From a virus (Duplodnaviria; Heunggongvirae; Uroviricota; Caudoviricetes), in IMG/VR virus record IMGVR_UViG_2534682294_000008: a stretch of DNA of 4,813 bases. One strand, 5' to 3'. A program made the position numbers and the translations under genes. Under the pieces are notes generated by a model. The model had not been told where the DNA came from. It saw nothing but the letters and a program-made list of their open reading frames with translations, and did not search any database. Positions 1-4,740 of this stretch are shown here, in pieces (the first letter of the stretch is position 1; every line of letters starts with the position of its first letter).

Positions 1-285
1 GTGACTGCGCATACGGGCCACCAGCAGAGGCGGCATTGCCTTTTCGATCGCCGGTAACAGAGCCTGCATTTTTTCAACTGCATCAGGGGTGTCTTTCTCT
101 ATCCAGCGGAAAATTTTCTGGGTATTGCGAGCCAGGGCTTCCGGATGGCTGTCGTCGTACAGTTCAGGAAACGTCATACCCAACTCAAAATAAGCCTGGG
201 TTATTCCAGCTGCCGGAACTTTTTCGCCATCAGGACGCGCCCAGGCATTCATCGCCATGCGGATGTGTTCATGCTTGATTTTCAT
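1..285 (-). CDS. ydaT: YdaT-family regulator (CII-equivalent), N-terminal 95 codons only; gene continues beyond the window start
   Basis: Uninterrupted reverse-strand frame from ATG at 285..283 to position 1 (95 codons; absent from the ORF track because no stop lies inside the window). Translation begins MKIKHEHIRMAMNAWARPDGEKVPAAGITQAYFELGMTFPELYDD..., which I recognise from memory as the N-terminal signature of YdaT-type proteins of Rac/CP-933P-like prophages. G-rich RBS (AAGGGGGG) 4 nt upstream of the ATG. Lies directly downstream of, and overlapping, a Cro-like gene. Confidence 0.6.
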   Translation of the reverse strand, partial: MKIKHEHIRMAMNAWARPDGEKVPAAGITQAYFELGMTFPELYDDSHPEALARNTQKIFRWIEKDTPDAVEKMQALLPAIEKAMPPLLVARMRSH

Positions 286-511
286 GAATCCCCCCTTGGT
301 TAGAAGGCGGATTATGATCAGAATCGGGAATGACAACCGTCGGTATGTGTAACTCATATTTGAGCGCCCCGGCAGTGACTGCCTGAATTAGCAACGCCCA
401 TTTCCACGGAACGTCTTCCCCCCACATGCTGACTGTGGTTTTTGACGTTCCTAGAGCGGCGGCTGTTTTAACAACTCCGCCAAAATAGCCTAATACTTCT
501 GATTTTTTCAT
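269..511 (-). CDS. ydaS: Cro-like HTH transcriptional regulator (YdaS-type), 80 aa
   Basis: Reverse-strand ORF (track ORF 269..559) trimmed to the ATG at 511, which has a GGAG Shine-Dalgarno 6 nt upstream; the in-frame ATGs at 523 and 559 lack one. Product MKKSEVLGYFGGVVKTAAALGTSKTTVSMWGEDVPW... has the Cro/YdaS-type HTH pattern (GG..., LG.S...VS.W). Divergent from the CI-like repressor gene, as in a cI/cro switch. Confidence 0.7.
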   Translation of the reverse strand: MKKSEVLGYFGGVVKTAAALGTSKTTVSMWGEDVPWKWALLIQAVTAGALKYELHIPTVVIPDSDHNPPSNQGGIHENQA

Positions 512-602
512 GAGTCGCTCCATAAAACTGAACGCCAAAAGTTTAATAATCAAAACCAAAGAAAGTCAAGAAACAAAACCATCTGTGTTTTAAAATCAAA
601 AC
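512..602. promoter_or_regulatory. Divergent immunity control region (oR/pR/pRM equivalent) with two 16-bp operator-like imperfect palindromes
   Basis: GTTTAATAATCAAAAC (541-556) and GTTTTAAAATCAAAAC (587-602): both are GTTT-N8-AAAC near-palindromes sharing the half-site AATCAAAAC. On the reverse strand, TTGACT (564-569) -N18- TAAACT (540-545) is a plausible pR-like promoter for the Cro-like gene. On the forward strand, AAAAAT (591-596) sits 6 nt before the repressor ATG with only a weak -35. Confidence 0.5.
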
Positions 603-1241
603 ATGAACAAGCAAACAATATCTGAACGCATAACCCAACGTATGCATGCGCTAAACTTGAAAGGCAAAGACCTTGTCAATGCCACTGGCGCATCAAAAGG
701 CTCCGTAAGTCAATGGATGAACGGTGGAGGAGCGCCGTCCTCGCGTTACATAAGTTCACTGGCAAAGATATTGAAAGTAAACGAAAATTGGCTTCTTAAT
801 GGAGGAGAGTTAAATACAGGTGATTCGCTTGATCTATCTTTACCGCCGATAAAAACGGTTCCGCTACTATCACTTCAGCAGGCAGCAAGCTGGAGTGATT
901 ATATGAAAAATTCCTCAATAACCTCTTGTGTGCAGCTTGTCGGAGAAATCCCGGCCAATACCTTTGCTGTTGTTCTAGAGAGTGACAGTATGTCGACATC
1001 TGGTGGTGGAGTTTCCATCCCAAATGGTTCAACAGTTTTTGTTGATCCCGATCGAATCGTACAACCAGGAAATATTGTCCTTGCCTTACCCAAAGGGACC
1101 ACAACGCCTGTCATTCGCAAACTGGAGATAGAAGGGCCGGATATTCTTTTAGTCCCCACGAATCCTCGCTACCCTTCAATTATGCTGGATGATCTATCTT
1201 GCATATTGGGAGTATGCTTTAAAATTCAACAAGATATTTAA
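603..1241 (+). CDS. cI: Lambda CI-like prophage repressor (HTH DNA-binding N-domain plus LexA/S24 peptidase-like C-domain), 212 aa
   Basis: Track ORF 603..1241. The N-domain contains LAKILKV, identical to a segment of lambda CI as I recall it. The linker PLLSLQQAASWSDY aligns with lambda PVFSHVQAGMFSPE. The C-domain has the S24 catalytic-serine motif (E-S-D-S-M, Ser129) and a Lys (K173 in VIRKLE) at the spacing expected of the Ser/Lys dyad, followed by a lambda-like LVPTNPRYPSIML segment. No Shine-Dalgarno: the operator-like site abuts the ATG, consistent with a leaderless transcript. Confidence 0.88.
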   Translation: MNKQTISERITQRMHALNLKGKDLVNATGASKGSVSQWMNGGGAPSSRYISSLAKILKVNENWLLNGGELNTGDSLDLSLPPIKTVPLLSLQQAASWSDYMKNSSITSCVQLVGEIPANTFAVVLESDSMSTSGGGVSIPNGSTVFVDPDRIVQPGNIVLALPKGTTTPVIRKLEIEGPDILLVPTNPRYPSIMLDDLSCILGVCFKIQQDI

Positions 1242-1324
1242 CCAACCTCATCTATTTGATTAACTGTATGCCATCGTAGTGATGGCGTAACAGCTGCCTG
1301 CTTAAAATGTTTTGATAAAAAAAC

Positions 1325-1353
1325 ATTGACCTTAAATGTTCGTTTTTCTAAAC
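1325..1353 (+). promoter_or_regulatory. Candidate sigma70 promoter with overlapping operator-like inverted repeat (possible pL/oL equivalent or moron promoter)
   Basis: TTGACC (1325-1330) -17 nt- TAAACT (1348-1353). Immediately upstream and overlapping the -35 is GTTTTGATAAAAAAC (1309-1323), whose reverse complement carries the same ATCAAAAC half-site as the two sites in the cI/cro intergenic region; it is part of a 7-bp AT-rich inverted repeat AATGTTT/AAACATT (1306-1312 / 1320-1326). Confidence 0.35.
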
Positions 1354-1452
1354 TTCATTCATTCCCTCACCCCGCCCCACAGAATGCAGGGCAATACTTC
1401 GAGTTACCAGGCAGTGGTCAGGGGTTAAGTAGCCAGCCCGAGGCGTAAGAAC

Positions 1453-1686
1453 ATGACGGCAGGGTTCAACTTTAATAACTATGCAGCAGGTTTTTGTTCC
1501 GCTACCCCGGCGTTAAGGGGAAATGAGGTCAACATGGATACGCTCAATCTTGGCAACAACGAATCTCTGGTATGTGGCGTGTTCCCCAACCAGGACGGTA
1601 CGTTCACCGCGATGACGTATACCAAAAGCAAAACGTTTAAAACTGAAGCTGGCGCGCGTCGCTGGTTAGCCAGAAACACTGACTGA
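1453..1686 (+). CDS. Small hypothetical protein, 77 aa (alternative start at 1534 gives 50 aa)
   Basis: Track ORF 1453..1686. GAGG 9 nt upstream of the ATG at 1453, and GAGG 5 nt upstream of the internal in-frame ATG at 1534, so the true start is ambiguous. Stop TGA (1684-1686) overlaps the next ATG (TGATG), suggesting translational coupling with the 216-aa gene. No family recognised. Confidence 0.45.
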   Translation: MTAGFNFNNYAAGFCSATPALRGNEVNMDTLNLGNNESLVCGVFPNQDGTFTAMTYTKSKTFKTEAGARRWLARNTD

Positions 1687-2336
1687 TGAGGTTGACGATG
1701 GAATTTAAAGATTTACCTCCTTCAATCCAGGAGATTGCAGCACACACACTTCGTCATCGTCTGAACGAACTTGAATTGGAATCGGTAACGAAAAAAGACA
1801 CTGATAATATGGCTCGTAATGTGCGCGATGCGTTTACCGGATTGTATTTCTGTGCGTCTATAAATAAACACGACTCAGAGAGTGTGGCAAATAAAATTGC
1901 AGAAACGACAGCGCAAAACATCAATACGAAACCAACGGAAGAAGAAATTGATCAGTTTGCTCATGATGCTGGTTTAAAAAACAAGAAAGAAAAATCGCCA
2001 TATGCGGGGAACATGTTTGTTTATGACAATCTCATCAGAATTCGTGGCGAAATTCCGGCGGAATACCTGGCAAGAGTCCATCAGGCATTGCTTAAAAATT
2101 TGGAAACAGAATTATTTGATGGCAACACTAACGGTTTCTTCATGGTATCAGGCCTTGAGAAAGACTGGGATGCAGAAAAACGCTGGAATGTTGCTACATG
2201 GTTATTCAGTAACAGAGCCGCTGCACTGGAAGCTTCGGCATGTATTTGCGGCCTGTTCTTAACAGACCACAAATATAATCTGGATGTGTACAGTTATATT
2301 TACGCTGAACACGGTCCACTCTGGATTGACTGGTAA
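1686..2336 (+). CDS. Hypothetical soluble protein, 216 aa, unknown function (alternative start at 1698)
   Basis: Track ORF 1686..2336 with TGATG overlap to the upstream small gene. The in-frame ATG at 1698 (MEFKDLPP...) has GAGG 6 nt upstream. Long open frame in an AT-rich context with no predicted transmembrane segment and no catalytic motif I can recognise. Confidence 0.65.
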   Translation: MRLTMEFKDLPPSIQEIAAHTLRHRLNELELESVTKKDTDNMARNVRDAFTGLYFCASINKHDSESVANKIAETTAQNINTKPTEEEIDQFAHDAGLKNKKEKSPYAGNMFVYDNLIRIRGEIPAEYLARVHQALLKNLETELFDGNTNGFFMVSGLEKDWDAEKRWNVATWLFSNRAAALEASACICGLFLTDHKYNLDVYSYIYAEHGPLWIDW

Positions 2337-2546
2337 TTATAAGGAAACACCAGCAGGGCCGCGGCGACCAACAGAACGATTAAAATCAATAATGCCATTA
2401 TAAAGGACATTATTTAATTTATCGTAGAATGCTGATTCTGTGAGCCTCAACTCTGAATGAGTTTTTAATAACCCTGATTGCCTGAGTTGATTTACCAGGC
2501 ATTCAATCTGTTTTTCAATAAGCGGATTTCTTTTTTTGTTTGGCAT
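2337..2546 (-). CDS. Small hypothetical protein, 69 aa, convergent with the 216-aa gene
   Basis: Track ORF 2337..2558 trimmed to the ATG at 2546 (MPNKKRNPL...), which has a strong GGAGG 5 nt upstream. Its stop codon (2339..2337) directly abuts the stop of the forward 216-aa gene (2334-2336). No family recognised. Confidence 0.45.
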   Translation of the reverse strand: MPNKKRNPLIEKQIECLVNQLRQSGLLKTHSELRLTESAFYDKLNNVLYNGIIDFNRSVGRRGPAGVSL

Positions 2547-2589
2547 TTTATCCTCCATTGAGGTTCTGGGTTAAAAATGGAGACCAACA

Positions 2590-2960
2590 CGCTGTCACGT
2601 GTGGTCGTGCGCCGGACACGGATAAGAATCCGGTACTGACAGTTTACTGAAAGGATATTTCCCTGAAAAGTCAGTGCATAACGCGAAAGCGTACGGCGAA
2701 GCTCTTTCCCTTAGAAGGCTTGTCGTTAGATTTCTTCGAACGTGCGCTTCCGGTTGTGGCACTCCGCGAAATGGCGCGGCGGTAAGTATGGCGGGGTTAT
2801 TCCTTCCCCATTGAGGACACCGGGTTGTCAGGTTGACCATACGCTTAAGTGACAACCCCGCTGCAACGCCCTCTGTTATCAATTTTCTGGTGACGTTTGG
2901 CGGTATCAGTTTTACTCCGTGGCTGCTCTGCCGCCCTTTTTAAAGTGAATTTTGTGATGC
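2590..2960. other. GC-rich, hairpin-dense non-coding island (candidate structured RNA or regulatory/recombination region)
   Basis: No credible ORF on either strand; the only track ORF here (2595..2882, -) translates to an R/P/A-rich low-complexity product. Multiple short GC stems: CCGGA/TCCGG (2612-2633), ACGC-GAAA-GCGT (2681-2692, GNRA tetraloop), CCGCG/CGCGG (2764-2779), GGGG/CCCC (2793-2809), a 9-bp perfect inverted repeat (2822-2858), and a GC stem followed by TTTTT (about 2899-2941). Composition contrasts with the AT-rich flanking genes. Confidence 0.3.
2822..2858. repeat. Perfect 9-bp inverted repeat GGGTTGTCA ... TGACAACCC with 19-bp spacer
   Basis: Read directly: 2822-2830 GGGTTGTCA and 2850-2858 TGACAACCC are exact reverse complements. 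Could be an RNA stem-loop or a dimeric protein-binding site. Confidence 0.5.
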
Positions 2961-3034
2961 GGTGAATGCGGCTAAGCGCACGCGGAACAGTTAAAACCAA
3001 AAACAGTGTTATGGGTGGATTCTCTGTATCCGGC

Positions 3035-3055
3035 GTTAATTGTTAACTGGTTAAC
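3035..3055. promoter_or_regulatory. Tandem GTTAAY repeats (GTTAAT, GTTAAC, GTTAAC) upstream of the downstream + strand gene block; candidate regulator-binding array
   Basis: GTTAAT (3035-3040), GTTAAC (3042-3047), GTTAAC (3050-3055) at 7-8 bp spacing; the last two form the inverted repeat TTAAC-TG-GTTAA. Located about 55-75 bp upstream of the start codon at 3111. Confidence 0.25.
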
Positions 3056-3110
3056 GTCACCTGGAGGCACCAGGCACTGCATCACAAAATTCATTGTTGA
3101 GGACGCGATA

Positions 3111-3299
3111 ATGGAAACGTTATTACCAAACGTTAATACGTCTGAAGGTTGTTTTGATATTGGTGTTCTGCTCAGTAACCGGGAGTTTACTGAAGATGCC
3201 ATTAACATGAGGAAATATGAGCCTTATCTGCTCAATGATAATTCCATACTTTCCCGAATTGCTCTTCTTGAACTTGGTATTTTCGGAGAACGTCAATGA
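3111..3299 (+). CDS. Small hypothetical protein, 62 aa
   Basis: Track ORF 3006..3299 trimmed to the ATG at 3111 (METLLPNVNT...), which has GAGGA 7 nt upstream; the longer form would read through the GTTAAY repeat array. Stop TGA overlaps the next start (ATGA at 3296-3299). No family recognised; not Arg-rich, so not an N-type antiterminator. Confidence 0.5.
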   Translation: METLLPNVNTSEGCFDIGVLLSNREFTEDAINMRKYEPYLLNDNSILSRIALLELGIFGERQ

Positions 3300-3484
3300 C
3301 TTCAGCATTTGCACTGATGATGACGGTTTTTCTTATAACGGGTGAATCACAGAATGTGATTACCGGAATTTATGCCAGTAAAGAATCCTGCCTCCAGGCA
3401 AGAGACGAGCAAAAAATTTCTGGTGAATGCCTCCCGGTAAAAAAAGTATCGCTGTACCTGAATAACGAAACACCGGCTGGATAA
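3296..3484 (+). CDS. Small membrane-anchored or secreted hypothetical protein, 62 aa
   Basis: Track ORF 3296..3484 with GGAG 7 nt upstream and ATGA overlap to the preceding gene. N-terminus MTSAFALMMTVFLITG is a hydrophobic segment (signal-anchor or signal-peptide-like) followed by a hydrophilic domain with two Cys residues. Confidence 0.5.
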   Translation: MTSAFALMMTVFLITGESQNVITGIYASKESCLQARDEQKISGECLPVKKVSLYLNNETPAG

Positions 3485-3576
3485 CCCTCCAGCCATATTA
3501 ACACCATACCAACGGATTAAAAATGCCAGCAATGGCAGGGATTTGTTCACCCTTAAATCTGTAATGAGGTTTATCA

Positions 3577-4740
3577 ATGAGCACTGATAAAGAAGAATTT
3601 GCGCTATATTGCGAAGCAAAAAATGACAAAGTCAGAAAACGTCTGGGAATTAAAGGTGGTTTTTACTGGACTACAGCAAAAAAATTATCTGTTGCCATCT
3701 CCCGCTGCATTACCGCAATGGATGACAACGATTATGATGAAGACGACTTTAAAAAACCCGTTCGCGTCCATTTACCCGTTGTGAATGACCTTCCACCTGA
3801 AGGCGTGTTTGATACCGAATTCTGCAACCGATACGAAAAAGGCGGGGAAGATGGCATTACAATGGTATTTATCGCGCCCTCTCCCTCCGTGCAGGAGAAA
3901 CCAGCCAGTACTGACAATACCAACGTCAACGGCGAAGACATGACGGAGATTGAGGAGAATATGCTCCTGCCGGTTTCTGGTCAGGAGCTGCCCATTCGCT
4001 GGCTTGCGCAACACGGCAGCGAAAAACCAGTAACGCACGTTGCACGGGAAGAACTTCAGGCATTACATATAGCACGGGCGGAAGAACTGCCGGCTGTTAC
4101 TGCCCTGGCCATTTCTCACAAAACAAAGCTGCTCGACCCGCTGGAGATTCGCGACCTTCACAAACTGGTACGCGACACTGACAAAGTTTTCCCTAATCCC
4201 GGTAATTCAGACCTGGGACTGATAACTGCTTTTTTCGAGGCATACCTGGACGCTGACTACACTGATCGGGGTCTGCTGACAAAAGAGTGGATGAAAGGAA
4301 ATCGTGTTTCGCGTATCACCCGTACGGCTTCCGGTGCAAATGCCGGTGGCGGGAACAAAACCGATCGCAATCCGAATTTAGTACACACCTTCGATACGCT
4401 GGATGTGGAGATTGCAGCAGCCACACTTCCGATGGATTTTAATATTTATGAAATTCCGGGCAGCGTTTATCGTCGCGCAAAAGAAATCGTCCTGAAAAGA
4501 GAAAGTCCGTTCAAAGAATGGTCCGCAGCACTTCGCGCAACCCCGGGTATTCTGGACTATTCCCGCGCCGCTATTTTTGCACTTATCCGGAGCGCTCACC
4601 CTGAGTTTTATCACTACCCGGGACGCCTTCAGGGGTATATCAACGCCTACTTAACGGAGACTGATCACGAGAACCCCAGCAAGGAAACTCTCACTGCTGC
4701 ACGACATACACCGGAAAAAGATATCCTGGAAGAAGTGTAA
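3577..4740 (+). CDS. Hypothetical acidic protein, 387 aa, unknown function
   Basis: Track ORF 3577..4740, the longest ORF in the window, with GAGG 7 nt upstream of the ATG. Contains an acidic tract ([10 protein letters not shown]) and a Gly-rich loop ([11 protein letters not shown]) that does not fit a Walker A consensus. No family recognised. Confidence 0.75.
   Translation: MSTDKEEFALYCEAKNDKVRKRLGIKGGFYWTTAKKLSVAISRCITAMDDNDYDEDDFKKPVRVHLPVVNDLPPEGVFDTEFCNRYEKGGEDGITMVFIAPSPSVQEKPASTDNTNVNGEDMTEIEENMLLPVSGQELPIRWLAQHGSEKPVTHVAREELQALHIARAEELPAVTALAISHKTKLLDPLEIRDLHKLVRDTDKVFPNPGNSDLGLITAFFEAYLDADYTDRGLLTKEWMKGNRVSRITRTASGANAGGGNKTDRNPNLVHTFDTLDVEIAAATLPMDFNIYEIPGSVYRRAKEIVLKRESPFKEWSAALRATPGILDYSRAAIFALIRSAHPEFYHYPGRLQGYINAYLTETDHENPSKETLTAARHTPEKDILEEV

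Noticed and set aside
36-278. Forward-strand 80-aa ORF (MPFRSPVTEP...)
   Set aside because: P/R/S-rich low-complexity translation, no RBS, and entirely antisense to the better-supported YdaT-like reverse-strand frame, which is continuous to the window edge.
796-1159. Two reverse-strand ORFs (796..1104, 899..1159) inside the repressor gene
   Set aside because: Antisense to a confidently identified CI-like CDS with family-consistent motifs; no RBS; typical shadow ORFs.
1479-1679. Reverse-strand 66-aa ORF overlapping the small forward gene
   Set aside because: Fully antisense to the forward ORF, which has Shine-Dalgarno sequences and stop/start coupling to the next gene; no RBS of its own.
2002-2272. 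Forward 86-aa and reverse 63-aa ORFs embedded in the 216-aa gene
   Set aside because: Alternative-frame and antisense ORFs inside a longer, better-supported CDS; no independent start signals.
2662-2706. nut-site boxA/boxB antitermination element
   Set aside because: CCCTGAAAA matches half of lambda boxB but lacks the complementary arm, and the nearby GCTCTTT only loosely resembles boxA; no Arg-rich N-like protein is encoded downstream. Too weak to call.
2595-2882. Reverse-strand 95-aa ORF across the GC-rich island
   Set aside because: Translation is R/P/A/T-rich with no domain-like pattern and no RBS; the region reads better as structured non-coding DNA. A decayed pseudogene cannot be fully excluded.
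2590-2960. tRNA, tmRNA or retron ncRNA in the GC-rich island
   Set aside because: I found no cloverleaf with a T-loop (GTTCRANYC-type) on either strand, and there is no reverse transcriptase gene (no YADD-containing ORF) adjacent, so a retron is unsupported. A generic structured RNA remains possible and is listed as a finding.
3006-3110. Longer form of the 62-aa gene starting at the ATG at 3006
   Set aside because: The extension would read through the GTTAAY repeat array and has no RBS, whereas the internal ATG at 3111 has GAGGA at good spacing.
3524-3537. Hairpin TGCCA-GCAA-TGGCA between the second 62-aa gene and the 387-aa gene as an intrinsic terminator
   Set aside because: 5-bp stem with a GNRA-type loop but no following T-run; more likely incidental or a minor mRNA structural element.
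4150-4420. P-loop NTPase motif in the 387-aa protein ([11 protein letters not shown])
   Set aside because: The Gly-rich segment does not fit the Walker A pattern G-x4-G-K-[ST], because the Lys is not preceded by Gly at the required position.
2972-4614. Assorted reverse and alternative-frame ORFs (2972..3208, 3123..3314, 3347..3619, 3599..3784, 3732..3941, 3772..4038, 4378..4614)
   Set aside because: All are antisense to or out of frame within the forward genes at 3111-4740, which have Shine-Dalgarno sequences and stop/start coupling; none has a convincing RBS.
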